Part shown: positions 23,293-35,059 of the stretch, one piece after another
How positions within the stretch are numbered: position 1 is the stretch's first letter
Layout: the number at the start of each line of letters is the position of its first letter
Source: an uncultured Nitrososphaeraceae archaeon
Lineage (GTDB): Archaea > Thermoproteota > Nitrososphaeria > Nitrososphaerales > Nitrososphaeraceae
NCBI GenBank assembly: GCA_963765895.1
Contig: CAVXZB010000023.1
Coordinates: 96,001-160,000 of the forward strand
Length of the DNA: 64,000 bases
Reading direction: 5' to 3'
Notes under the pieces: generated by a model
Seen by the model: only the letters and a program-made list of their open reading frames with translations
Database searches by the model: none
Told to the model about the DNA's origin: nothing
Translations under genes and position numbers: made by a program

Positions 23293-24124
23293 ATGCCAAG
23301 ACTATTTGACCCACATATCCATATGTATTCTAGAACGACTAATGACTATGAAGCTATGTCAAAAGCCGGGATTGAAATAATAGTTCAGCCTTCATTTTGG
23401 CTAGGTAGCCCTCGGAGATTTGTCGGAACTTTTGAAGATTACTGGGAGAACATAATTTCTTTTGAACCCTGGCGGGCTAAGGAATTTGGAATTGAGCACT
23501 ACTCATGCATTTCTGTAAATCCAAAAGAAGCTGGCTGAACGGCCACTTGCTCTTGATGCCGTTGAAGCAATGGTAAAGAAAGGTTACTTAGAAAGAGAGG
23601 GAGTAGTAGCAGTAGGTGAGATCGGTTACGATCAAATAAATGAATTGGAAGAAGATATTTTTGTTAAGCAGATGGATATAGCATCTGAACGACATATGCT
23701 TATGACTATTCATCTTCCACATAAGAACAAGATAAAGGGAATCCAAAACATAGAGAGGATAATGAACGATAACTCTGATAGTAACAAAGTAAGATACAAC
23801 AGTAAAAAGATGCTTATTGATCACAATGTGGAGGAGACAATAGGAAAAACATTAGAAATGGGAATGTGGGCAGGATTGTCTGTATACCCTGTCACAAAAT
23901 TGTCTCCTGATCAGGCAATTAAAATTCTGAACAAATACGGCACAGAACATGTGATGATTCATAGCGCGGCTGATTGGGGTCGTTCCGATCCTCTTAGTGT
24001 TCCAAAAGTTGCCGAAAAAATGAAAGAATCTGGTGGATTTAGTGAGAACGAAATTGAAAAAGTTACTTTCTCAAATGCAGTCGAGTTCTTTAAGCAATCA
24101 CCAAAATTCACTTGGAGGCCGTGA
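23293..24124 (+). CDS. TatD-like metallo-hydrolase (EboB-type), frameshift near 23535
   Basis: DPHIHMYSRTTNDY, PSFWLG, VNPKEA, AVGEIGYD, IDHN, SAADWG.SDPL. Confidence 0.88.
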
Positions 24125-24606
24125 ATTCATTTACAAATTGACTGAGAATGGTATAACCATAACATGACCTTAACGACAACAATTAATGCGATTTAAGTTC
24201 AAACCTTTTAGAAATCTACATAGTTGCGTGGTTATTATCTTAGATAATAAGATCATAAATCTCTTAGCTTTTTATATAATTACTAAAGACAGTGCGTCTA
24301 GGCTCATTTATCGATCACAACAAACAATCATTGTCTCATTGTAGCTAGTTCCCGAATGTTTCCAACCGTCATCTGACAGTTGAATCCGTTGACGAAACAT
24401 TAACTAAATTCTGACCCAGTAGCGGCAAATAACGTATAGGATATTTCGAGACAAATTTGAAGTCTTAATGATCGATGGGATAAGTGCTATTTGTGCATTA
24501 TTATAGCAGCAAGATATAATCTAGGTGATTTTATCATTGAACACTTGAATGAGTCATCGTATGAATGGTAAAGTATTAACATAACATATTGCAATTGAAT
24601 TGCTGG

Positions 24607-26938
24607 ATGTCATCTGATCTAAATGGAAATAGTAATGATAATGGTAAAGACGTTCAGCCTACCACTTCCAATGGCAAAAAAAATAAATTTATCACTCTAA
24701 AGGTTGCAGAGGCAGAGCAGAGAGATGTGGGAAGAAAGATCGCTCGAGTAGACCCAACTGTAGCCGAACGACTAAATATATCAACTGGTGATGCGCTTGA
24801 GATATCTTTACTTGGAAAAAAAACTACAGTTTTAAATTGGCCGGCAAGGGAAACTGACAAAGACAAGGGTCTAATTCGGATCGATGGCTATACCAGAAAT
24901 AAGCTAGACGTAGGTATTAATGATTCGGTGGAACTTAAAAAGGTTGAATCAAAGGATGCTAGAAGCATAACCCTAGCTCCTACGGAACCCCTTAGAATAG
25001 TCGGTGCTGAAGACTATCTTTCGGATTATCTAAATGGCCATTTGATGACCAAAGGTGACACAATACCCATAAGCGTAATGGGTCAAAGGATTGATTTGGT
25101 TGTAATATCCACCAATCCTTCCGGTCCAGTTATAATCACTGACTCTACAAAGATTACAGTTTCTGAAGAGAGTGCAAAGGCCGTACAGATCTCGAAAGAA
25201 GGCGGCGCTCCTTCTATCACCTACGAAGACATTGGCGGAATAAGAAACGAAGTTGAAAGAGTTCGAGAGATGATAGAACTTCCGCTAAGGCATCCTGAAT
25301 TGTTCAAAAGGCTTGGAGTCGAAGCTCCTAAAGGTGTCCTTTTGCATGGACCTCCCGGTACAGGAAAGACTCTATTGGCAAAGGCAGTTGCTAACGAAAC
25401 CAATGCAAGTTTTTATACGATTGGTGGGCCAGAGATAATGAGTAAATACTATGGAGAATCCGAGGAAAAACTTCGTAATATCTTTGAACAAGCAGAAAAA
25501 AATGCGCCGTCCATCATTTTTATTGATGAAATAGATTCTATTGCTCCTAAGAGAGAGGAAGTGTCAGGAGAAGTCGAAAGAAGAATAGTCGCACAATTAC
25601 TTTCGCTCATGGATGGAATGTCTTCAAGGGGTAAAGTAGTAGTTATCGGAGCAACAAACAGAGTGAATGCAGTCGATCCAGCCTTGCGACGACCTGGAAG
25701 ATTTGACAGAGAAATCGAAATAGGTGTACCTGATAGAGATGGCAGACTTGAAGTATTGCAGATTCATGCTAGAGGAATGCCACTTGCAAAAGATGTGGAT
25801 TTGGAAAAACTTGCTGACATATCTCACGGATTTGTTGGCGCAGATTTGCAGGCTTTATCTAAAGAAGCCGCAATGAGAGCGTTGCGGAGAGTGCTTCCGC
25901 AGATAGATCTGTCGTCTGAGAGTATACCCAGCGAGACTCTAAAGAAGATCATAGTCACCATGCAAGATTTTACAGGTGTGATAAAGGAAATGGAACCGTC
26001 AGCGATGAGAGAGGTCTTCGTAGAAGTACCTAATGTTAAATGGGATGACATTGGTGGGTTGCCTGATATAAAGGAGGAACTCCAAGAAGCTGTAGAATGG
26101 CCTTTGAAATACCAAGGACTGTTTACAGTTGTTGACGCCGCACCTCCAAAGGGTATCTTGCTTTATGGCCCTCCTGGAACAGGCAAGACTTTGATGGCTA
26201 AGGCTGCGGCAAATGAGAGCGAAGCCAATTTTATCAGCATAAAAGGGCCCGAGCTTCTTTCAAAATGGGTAGGAGAATCCGAAAAAGGCATCAGAGAGGT
26301 GTTTAGAAAGGCACGACAGGCAGACTCCTTGCCTAATCTTTTTTGACGAAATAGACGCAATAGCCCCTACGAGAGGGGGTGGCTTTGGAGACTCAAACGT
26401 AACAGAAAGAGTGATAAGCCAATTGTTGACAGAATTAGATGGTCTCGAAATATTGACTAACGTGGTTGTAATTGCGGCTACGAACAGACCAGACATTATA
26501 GATCCTGCTCTTTTGAGACCGGGCAGATTTGACAGACTGTTATATGTCTCGCCGCCGGATCGCGAATCTAGGCTTCAAATTTTGAAGATACATACAAAGA
26601 GTAAACCTCTTTCTGATGACGTAAATCTACAGCAATTAGCGGATTTGTCTGAAGGATATACGGGGGCCGACATTTCATCTATGAGTTCAGCAGCGGTTAT
26701 GCTCGCTTTGCGTAAACATATCCTCAAATATCCAGATCCAGACGAGGCTGAGAAGTATGCTAAAGAGCTAAAATTACATATGCAGGAATTCGAAGAAGCA
26801 ATGAAGAAGATAAGACCGCTCTCTAGTCAGGAGTTGACCATGTATAAGCGCATATCCGAAGAGTTTGGAAAACCAGAGATTGGAGCTAAAAGAAGGGGCT
26901 CTAAAGACGCTGATGTTACTGCAGGCGGCATCACTTAA
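24607..26938 (+). CDS. cdc48: CDC48/VCP-family AAA+ ATPase (frameshift near 26330)
   Basis: N domain ([11 protein letters not shown]), two Walker A GPPGTGKT, Walker B IFIDEID and [16 protein letters not shown] and [10 protein letters not shown]. Confidence 0.96.
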
Positions 26939-27148
26939 TTTATATATTCAATAATATCCTCGCTAAGACAATCACAAGAAAAAAATGTCTTGCATGAGGC
27001 CATCCAATAACAGTTAGGATCTAATAGTGCTAGTTTTGTTTGATTTTGCTTTATCAAGTTCTTAAAAAGAGTACTTATTTATTTGACTTATTTATTTGAT
27101 TTAGTAGCTAGTTATCTTTGAGGAGAAGATAATTCTATTAATATTCCT

Positions 27149-27694
27149 CTATCTCCACTCTTCAATCTCTGTTATTCGTTTGATTTTATCAAGCCAAGAA
27201 CCATTCAGTTCTTTTGCGACTAATGATTCTGTACGTCTTGAAACCAAGCCCCTTGGTTTATCGACTGGTATCCCGCTATCATCTGCCAATTGTCTAAAGT
27301 CACCAGATACCGATTCATCTTTACGAGATGCGACTAGTTGAACTTCACCTTTCAACCCCTCCGAAACTAAATTACTGACTTGCTTTAACAATCCCGATCC
27401 TCCTTCAGACGCTTCATTTTCTTTAAGACTTGAAGCCAGATCACTTTCGGCGCCATTTTCAGGTCTCCGTGTTACCTTCTTTGGCATAGATTCTTTTTCT
27501 CTAACATCAGTCGTATTTTCCTCATCAATTATGATGTTATCACCTAAGCATTCTCTGATCAGAGATACTCGTCCTAATATCTGACCCTTACCACAATCTG
27601 TGAAGCCATTTGCCTGCAGGAAATTCATATATTTTATTAACACGTTGCACTCCGAAAGTTTTATTTTCGCCTCTTCTGCTGAAATCATGCCCAT
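27149..27694 (-). CDS. Hypothetical protein with a low-complexity middle region
   Basis: 181-aa ORF with a TTTAAAAA promoter about 30 bp upstream. Confidence 0.65.
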   Translation of the reverse strand: MGMISAEEAKIKLSECNVLIKYMNFLQANGFTDCGKGQILGRVSLIRECLGDNIIIDEENTTDVREKESMPKKVTRRPENGAESDLASSLKENEASEGGSGLLKQVSNLVSEGLKGEVQLVASRKDESVSGDFRQLADDSGIPVDKPRGLVSRRTESLVAKELNGSWLDKIKRITEIEEWR

Positions 27695-27949
27695 TGTCCC
27701 TCAACTAGCATACTAAATTTTTTTTAAATCTCTTATTGTATAATGATTTTGCTAATTTGTATCTAAAAAGCTGATGTATTGATCATGGAATACAAAATAC
27801 CTCTTTAAGGCAGACTATTAGGCCAGTGTAGCAATTAACAATACTTAATATCACTAGCACGATTGTTTAATCCGTGTAGGTCGTGAACCTGCGATATTTA
27901 GTTGTAGAAGCCGAATGGAAATTGATAATTTATGCCAAACAATTTGCGA

Positions 27950-28017
27950 TGCGTTAGTAGTAGTATGTTTAGGCTCTTGTATTATTATCTATAGGAGGAT
28001 AATTTTAGGATAGGCTC
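27950..28017 (+). mobile_element. Solo right end of the same IS5-family element
   Basis: About 68 bp nearly identical (2 mismatches) to the reverse complement of 22251..22318, ending GGATAGGCTC then TAA. Confidence 0.88.
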
Positions 28018-28104
28018 TAAGTTGAATATTATGTCAAATTTGAAACTATATGATGATGCTACAAATTTCTTTTATAGTATAAACTTCTACTCTTTATTCT
28101 AGTA

Positions 28105-28344
28105 ATGAGTTTACTGGAAATAGACGAAAGTATCAGTACTCACGATAGCAGAGAGAATTGTGATATAGATACTGGAAGTGGAATTTTCAGGAAAAGCCAA
28201 TTTGTAATTTGCAACTCGTGTTATTGGTGTGCTTCATTTACTGATTTAGAGACATATCATAGTATGACTTGCCCTTGTTGTGGTTGCGAGAGCTTGTTTA
28301 AATCGATGCTTATACCACAAGATGAAATATTGAAGATGAGATGA
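28105..28344 (+). CDS. Small zinc-ribbon protein
   Basis: ICNSCYWCAS...CPCC; TTTTATA about 30 bp upstream. Confidence 0.72.
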   Translation: MSLLEIDESISTHDSRENCDIDTGSGIFRKSQFVICNSCYWCASFTDLETYHSMTCPCCGCESLFKSMLIPQDEILKMR

Positions 28345-28416
28345 GTACATATTGTTAACCAATTTCCGACGTTGCCCTATATCACAAAATCTACTGCTGC
28401 AGTTCACAATTGGTAT

Positions 28417-29499
28417 TCAGATCCCATTAGTTAAAGATAAATCTGCCAACAATTCTTTTAATTTGAGGATATTAAATCCCGACTTGGCCGATACTGCCAT
28501 GATTGATTCCTTATCCATCATATCTAATTTATTGACTTTATCTGTCACGCTTTCGAATTCATTGACCAAATCCGCCTTATTTAAAATGTAAAATACCTTA
28601 CCAACCGGAACTCCCAACTCATTCAACACACGTATAGAGCTATCATATTTTCTTTTAACTTCAGGGATAGGATCACTGAAATCTAGAACGAGCAATATGA
28701 GTGTAGAATATGTGAGCTCATTAAGAGTAGATCTAAACGCGTCAATCATGTATGCAGGTAGTTTACTTATGAATCCTACTGTGTCAGACAACAGGAATTT
28801 GATATCTCGGATTGAGATGGCTCTAGTGTAGGTAGATAGCGTCGTAAACATCTCCCGTCCTACATCTTTAGACTCTCCTGTTAATGCGTTAAATAGTGTT
28901 GTTTTACCTGCAGATGTATATCCAGCAATTGAAATTGTTTGTAGGCCCAACTTTGACCGCTGGGTCCTGTATAACTTTCTCCTTCTTTCTTCCCTTTCCA
29001 GTTTCTTTTTCAATAGAGATACATGACGCTTAATATCCAAGAAAAGAACATCAGCATCATATTTACCCATACCGAAGAAACCGGGTTGTTCGCCCTTCTT
29101 GGCAAGTCTTACTTTGTCTCTAGCTCTAAACATATCATATCGCAATTGAGCAAGCCTTATCTGGATTCTTGATTCATTGCTACTTGCTCTTGATTCAAAG
29201 ATTTTTAGAATCAGACGTTCTCTATCTATCGTTTCTACTTTACAAAGCTTAGAGAGGTTATATTGTTGAGTTGGCCTTAGTACTTCATCGTATATTATCA
29301 CCTCAATCTTCATTTGATCTACAAGGTCTTTAATTTCCTGTGCCTTTCCAAGTCCAACTCCATATTTTGAACCGGTGATATTCTTCTGAGTCACTATCTT
29401 CTCAACCGAATATCCAGCAGTATCAGCCAAGGATTTTGCCTCTGAAATGGCATTGTGCTCAGGATAAGTAACCAGGATAGTTCTTATCAGACGTGGCAT
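28417..29499 (-). CDS. hflX: GTPase HflX
   Basis: LILKIFESRA.S.E..IQI.LAQL.Y, GYTSAGKTT, FTTLST, SDTVGFI, NKAD, SAK. Confidence 0.96.
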   Translation of the reverse strand: MPRLIRTILVTYPEHNAISEAKSLADTAGYSVEKIVTQKNITGSKYGVGLGKAQEIKDLVDQMKIEVIIYDEVLRPTQQYNLSKLCKVETIDRERLILKIFESRASSNESRIQIRLAQLRYDMFRARDKVRLAKKGEQPGFFGMGKYDADVLFLDIKRHVSLLKKKLEREERRRKLYRTQRSKLGLQTISIAGYTSAGKTTLFNALTGESKDVGREMFTTLSTYTRAISIRDIKFLLSDTVGFISKLPAYMIDAFRSTLNELTYSTLILLVLDFSDPIPEVKRKYDSSIRVLNELGVPVGKVFYILNKADLVNEFESVTDKVNKLDMMDKESIMAVSAKSGFNILKLKELLADLSLTNGI

Positions 29500-29931
29500 T
29501 TATTGGAATATTCAAGATTAGTTATAACTATGTTTCTGGATTACCTCCGAATCTCGTCTTGTTAGGTGAATATAACCGGATAACTCGGCTTAGAATTATC
29601 GAATATACTTAAATATTTAACCAATACTAAGCTACACCTTTTGATATTATAGATTAGGAATAAAATCTACCATGAATAGTACTACAATCTAGAATGGTAA
29701 CAGCATAAGTGATCGCTTTGGAATCAAGGCCAATACTGATATATTTAGTGAGGAGTTGGGTCATCTATTATCGAATCAGGTGTGAATAATATCCAGAAAC
29801 AATAGCTTACTCGAAAGTCTACGCTGGAATTACGCTTGACCCAAAGAAGTTCAGTGACAATTTATCTGTTCATTTATATGAAGCGTGAGGCTTATTTTGT
29901 ACATAAAAGAAGGCTTTTCCGGAGAACAGCC

Positions 29932-30225
29932 TTATCGCGAAATTATACTATTTGTCATGGAAACAACCTCGTTTAATCCATAATAAATATTAAGAAATCG
30001 TTCTCCCTTTTCAGTAGTCTTATAAGTTCGTCGAAATTCATCATAGAACAGTAGCTCATTTTGCCGCAATAGTACCAAATAGCTTTTTAAATGATGATAT
30101 GATAAATATGCTTTATACATTATTCTTTTCTGAGTTGCGCCATTAGCTTCGACAGCGTTTTGTAAAATTAGCGCAATTATTTCTAATCTATTCCTATGTT
30201 TCATTATATTAACATGATTACTCAC
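29932..30225 (-). CDS. Winged helix-turn-helix regulator (HTH_45-like)
   Basis: RNRLEIIALIL...IMYKAYLSY...YKTTEKGERFL. Confidence 0.85.
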   Translation of the reverse strand: MSNHVNIMKHRNRLEIIALILQNAVEANGATQKRIMYKAYLSYHHLKSYLVLLRQNELLFYDEFRRTYKTTEKGERFLNIYYGLNEVVSMTNSIISR

Positions 30226-30633
30226 TTAAAATAAAAACCCCGCTGTTGAGTATTATAGTAATATTTTTTTAATCATGTGCTGAAACTTTCATAATATTTT
30301 TTTCACACTATAACGTACAATGATATATTTCGGAACGTACGTAGCGTCAATTCCCCAGTAATACTTGGAATTGGTTATATTATCAATATACTTAGTCAAT
30401 TTGCTTGTTAACTTGGTTGGTGAATAAGCGAGTGTGATCTTCTGAACCACTCCGGCCTTGAATATTCCGATTATTTGAACTAGTCAAAAACATCCGAAAT
30501 AGCGTCAACAAATAGTGGCGGTGTTTCGACTTTTTGGGCTCCTTTGTCGTCGTTATCTTGTAAACAAACTACTTAATCATCTACTCAGTAGCTATAGAAG
30601 TTACTGCAGAATAAATCAGGATATTATTACAAC

Positions 30634-31473
30634 GTGCAAAATATGTATTATCAGTATATTTGGAATAGAGGGGAGATACATTCAATAATATATGGCAGTG
30701 TGATTTGCTTCATTACGTCTCCAAAGCTCAAAATATTATTAATTTTTGGAATTATGGCTGTATTTGGACTCGGTGTGAGCATCGCTATCATTGCTATTGG
30801 TGGCGGTTTTGCTAATCCAACCTCGATATTTAAGCCGCCAACTAGTACAAATTTATGGACGATTGGCCAGACAATTCATCCAGGAACCGCATTAAACTAT
30901 TCGGTAACAAAAATAGGAAACCATGCCTCTCCGTGGAGCAGTCTAGGGGAACATAGCTCTCTTGTAAATTCAACTGTAGCAATAAAATTTGTGCAGGATC
31001 GAGGGAACAGTAAGAACCAGAATCTTTGGAAGGTATTACTGCATATTATAAATGCCACAAATGCAAAAATAACAACACATCCAAATGTTAGCTCCGGGGT
31101 AGTCATGATGTCGAAGCAGCAACTAACTAATGCTGGACCAATAATTCGGAATTTTTTACCATATTATGAACCTATAGAATCATCTATTTTAGAAATTAGA
31201 GATATTGCGTTACAACCGCAATATTTAGTTGTAGGAGCTCAATGGAATTCGATTTCTACAGAGGTAAGTACAATTCCAGTAAAGGTCACCTCGCAGGAAA
31301 ATATAAATACAAAAGCAGGGAAATTTAACGCTTACGTCTTAAGCTATACCTTAGGCCCAAAAACCAGTCGCATTTGGATTACTCCCGATATTCCTCTGCC
31401 TGTTAGAGCAGAGGTATACAACAGCCAGGGCCAACTCCAATACAAATACGATCTGATATCATATACTAAATGA
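30634..31473 (+). CDS. Membrane-anchored/secreted hypothetical protein
   Basis: N-terminal TM, C-terminal beta-rich TKAGKFNAY..SRIWI.PDIPLPV. True start probably later. Confidence 0.75.
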   Translation: MQNMYYQYIWNRGEIHSIIYGSVICFITSPKLKILLIFGIMAVFGLGVSIAIIAIGGGFANPTSIFKPPTSTNLWTIGQTIHPGTALNYSVTKIGNHASPWSSLGEHSSLVNSTVAIKFVQDRGNSKNQNLWKVLLHIINATNAKITTHPNVSSGVVMMSKQQLTNAGPIIRNFLPYYEPIESSILEIRDIALQPQYLVVGAQWNSISTEVSTIPVKVTSQENINTKAGKFNAYVLSYTLGPKTSRIWITPDIPLPVRAEVYNSQGQLQYKYDLISYTK

Positions 31474-31722
31474 TTGGATCTTGTTCATTTATTGAATGGG
31501 AGTATAAATACAAGCGATTTCGTGGGGTATTTCAAGGTTCAATACCATGTCAAATGAGGTGCCTATTCTGATCTCGAGAGAACTACATATCATTCAATCT
31601 ATACCGAGAATAATCCTATCATATTCTTGGACGCAGCATCCAAGGATCTGTTGGTAGATGACAATCATCAACTAACTCCTAACTAGATAATGGAGACCTT
31701 GCACGAATTCTAAAACAATCTC

Positions 31723-32074
31723 TTGAAGTCAAAGACTATAGGTCCAATTTTGCTAATTGTTATATATGAGTCTGACAAATTTCTGAATGAACTGCTAACG
31801 TTAGCCAATAATTCCATTCCACAAAAGAATGGCGATAACAAGCGTATATCTGGACTCACTGCAGCTGTTTACGTACTTGACTGCATATCCAAAGGCCATT
31901 CTGAAAGTCAAATTATGCATAGCATGGGTTGGGACGAGAAAGTAATTTCGTCTTGGATGAGATTCCTTACTCGAAATAAATTGGATCAAGAAAGAGAATT
32001 TTTATGGGTCTAAATGGATAGTCTCTGATAGTGGCAGACTTTGGATTAAAAGATATGGCTTTTCAATTAGATGA
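31723..32074 (+). CDS. Putative winged-helix protein (frameshift near 31980)
   Basis: Helical ESQIM...ISSWMRFL; the alternate frame continues NWIK...KWIVSDSGRLWIKRY*. Confidence 0.5.
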
Positions 32075-32294
32075 CTCCTATACGATTGATTACCGATATA
32101 CTCAGGGATCTTAGTCAAGTTTGTTCTCGAATATATTTTTAGGCTTTGACCTACTGCGCATATTATTCATGTGTCCGAAGCTTACTATATGTTCATAGCC
32201 CAAAGGCGACATAATTCATAGTTTAGATGCCTATCCCAGTCTAATTGATATTAATAGCACGCCTATTGTAGGCTGGTTCCAGTGACTAGTGTCG

Positions 32295-32324
32295 TTGAAT
32301 TATCTTGAACTATCTTGAATTATC
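32295..32324. repeat. 3 x 10-bp tandem repeat TTGAA(T/C)TATC
   Basis: ttgaattatc ttgaactatc ttgaattatc overlapping the S8 protease stop codon. Confidence 0.8.
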
Positions 32325-33892
32325 TCATGTTCTTCACATATAGTAATGGCTCGTTGGTGACCTGAGAGGACCCAGTGAAGTATCCATGACCATCTCCGTC
32401 GCAAGTAGTTGAAGCACTTGATGCGGAACTGGTAAGTGCGCTTTTTACTTCAGCTGGTGATGCATTTGGATGGGATGCCTTATAAAAGAGCAGCTGCCCC
32501 AGCAACATAAGGAGCCGCCATACTCGTTCCACTTAATGTGGTATATGAGCTACCATAATAGGTTGATAAGATATTCACTCCAGGAGCGGCAATTGTTACC
32601 TTGGGGCCATAATTACTAAATGTTGCAAATGTATCATCGTTGCCATACTGTGTAGCGGGGCCCAGTCCACCACATCTCCCGTCGCTATCGGCAATTGCAC
32701 CGACGGCTATTACATTGGGGTTTGACGCCGGAGAAAAAGTAGAAGCATCCTCTCCACTGTTTCCAGCAGCAGTCACAAATGTAATTCCAGCAGTTACAGC
32801 ATTATTTACCGCTGAATTGAGTGCGGTAGAATCGCACTTACATCCAAAACTCATATTCACAACATCAATTTCCTTGGCATGCTCTGTGATGTAATCTATT
32901 CCAGCTATGACATCTGATAGTGCACCTGCTCCACTTCTGTCCAAGACCTTAACTGCCCAAAGTCTAGCACCTGGTGCTACACCAACTACGCCAATGGAGT
33001 TGTCCATTGCTCCTGCTATTCCCGCGACATGCGTTCCGTGACCATTGTCATCGTTAGCAGTGGAAGTCCCGGCGACAAATGTCTTTTGAGCATAAACATT
33101 CAGATCAGGATGGTTCATGTCTATGCCGGTGTCTAAAATCGCAATATCAGCGTTCACTGAGCTGCCTCTTGCTCTTTCAGATGGTGTTGTGGTGTTGGGG
33201 ACATTTGTATTGAGTGGACTAGCCCCTATTCTTTCTATTCCGGTCGGGACAATCTCGGAAAACATGCGCACCTTTTGATCCTGCTCCACCGTCTCCACTC
33301 TTGGGTCATCTTTTAGACTCGTCAAAAGATCTGGATTGTCGCCTACCTTTATGGTGTATCCACTTAAAGCATGACGATAAATATTGAGGATTTCTGCACC
33401 TCTACTTTTGATCTCACTAGCCATAGCTCTCATTTCTTTAATGTTTGAAATATCGGATTCTCCAGATGTAGACAAACTATTTGCCTCCTGCTTGAGGACT
33501 ACAATATACTGACCACCTATTTCCTGACGTGCTTCTTTTTGCAGAGTGAGCCTTGATGATATAGAATTCTGAAAAATATCTGTAGTGTTTAACGTTGGAT
33601 CTTTTTGATTATCTATTGATGTCTTATCCAGATTTGGAATTGAGCTAGGCATGACCTCTTGTACAGATGGCGCGACAGAACTGCTTGAAAATACTGTAGC
33701 ATCAGGATATTCTGATGACGGTAAATACCCTGATCTAGTGAATGAGATGCCTTCCTTCAGTTGTTTATCAGGAAATTGGTCTTGAAAAGCAAAGGCCGAA
33801 TAGTTCCGAGAATAGCCTATGATACTAAATGATGTTGAAAACAACGTGACTGCCAAGGCAAAAAAAAGCGCAGTCTTACTAATACAATTCAT
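32320..33892 (-). CDS. Secreted subtilisin-like S8 serine protease with I9 propeptide (frameshift near 32485)
   Basis: Signal peptide, YIVVLK propeptide, catalytic LDTG, HGTHVAG and GTSMAAP. Confidence 0.94.
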
Positions 33893-34353
33893 TCCTATTT
33901 ATGCACAGCTAATCCGTATAAATGAAATGTGACGGATAGTACCTGTTATTTTCTAGACACGAATTCTACTCTATAAAATTAGAACGTTTCCTAAGTAATC
34001 TATGCCTTCGTGGCCCACCCACCAACAATATATATTTGGAAGCCGTTAGGCAAGATCCAGTCAAAATGCTAAAATTAGTATATTTAACGTAATATTACCA
34101 GACGATATTGCATATTTGTGTCAGCTTACAAATACTGATTAAGATTGTAAGGCAATTGGGGTGAATGAAAGTTTCCAGAATGTTCACACAGTCTTGAATT
34201 ATATTATGTTAGAGATCTTGATTATATATAACAAACTAGGTTGCACCATAAAATCCAATGCAATAAAATTAGAATTGTTTACCTTAAAGTCTCTTTTCTC
34301 TTCGATCATGCTAAATAAGATACTGAAGTTCGATTGCCAATGGTCTGGCTACC

Positions 34354-34692
34354 TCACCTCTTAATTAGCTGTAATGCCAAGCCCTGCTGGTTTAGGTTAA
34401 CCTCCAAAGACTTTATCTTGCTCCTATAATAAAGGATCTTTTTCCCCTTGACATCGAATTGAATTTTCTCGATTGAAATTAGACCAGATTTCTGTAATTT
34501 TTGGATTTTCTTATACGTGGAGCTCAAAGGCAACCTGTATTCGCAGCATATTTCGGATGCAGTTTTGGGCGAATTCATTGTCGACGTTATTATACTGTAT
34601 GTCACCTTGTCGGCAATCTCTCTTAACATAAGCAGGACATTAGAATCATCATTTGGAATATACCTGTGTGAGTCTATCATGTTCATGTTCAT
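34354..34692 (-). CDS. ArsR/HTH_20-like transcriptional regulator
   Basis: PKTASEI...LPLSSTYKKIQKLQKSGLI...GKKILYYRS. Confidence 0.85.
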   Translation of the reverse strand: MNMNMIDSHRYIPNDDSNVLLMLREIADKVTYSIITSTMNSPKTASEICCEYRLPLSSTYKKIQKLQKSGLISIEKIQFDVKGKKILYYRSKIKSLEVNLNQQGLALQLIKR

Positions 34693-34698
34693 GTCTTA

Positions 34699-34726
34699 TT
34701 AGGTTACACTAATTAGGTTTACCTAA
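34699..34726. promoter_or_regulatory. Tandem TTAGG-N4-CCTAA boxes (DtxR/MntR-like) between TATA and start codon of the HTH gene
   Basis: TTAGGTTACACTAA + TTAGGTTTACCTAA adjacent to TTTAAATA (minus strand, 34727-34734). Confidence 0.65.
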
Positions 34727-35059
34727 TATTTAAACGATGTACCATATGCAACATGGCTTTTGATACTCCTTATCATAATAAAAAAAGAAGGTTTGAAAAT
34801 GGATCTAGGAAAGGAATTAAATATGCATCACTTACCATGTAATAAAAGCATTGGAGAAAATACGAATAGACGTAGAAAAGAAATGATAAATAGGTATATT
34901 ATATTTTGTTGTTGTAGGCACAGGAAAAGATCTCTATTAACTACCTACTCGTCTATACGTCTTTAGGCCGAACCCACAGATCCAGATCGTACTCGGAAAA
35001 CCAAACTAATGATTTGCTTAAGATAATTACAGAACAGGTATCTCGTATTTAAACTACTA

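Noticed and set aside
22251-28017. Active composite transposon carrying cdc48
   Set aside because: The transposase is heavily decayed, the second end is only 68 bp, and TAA flanks are expected from target preference alone.
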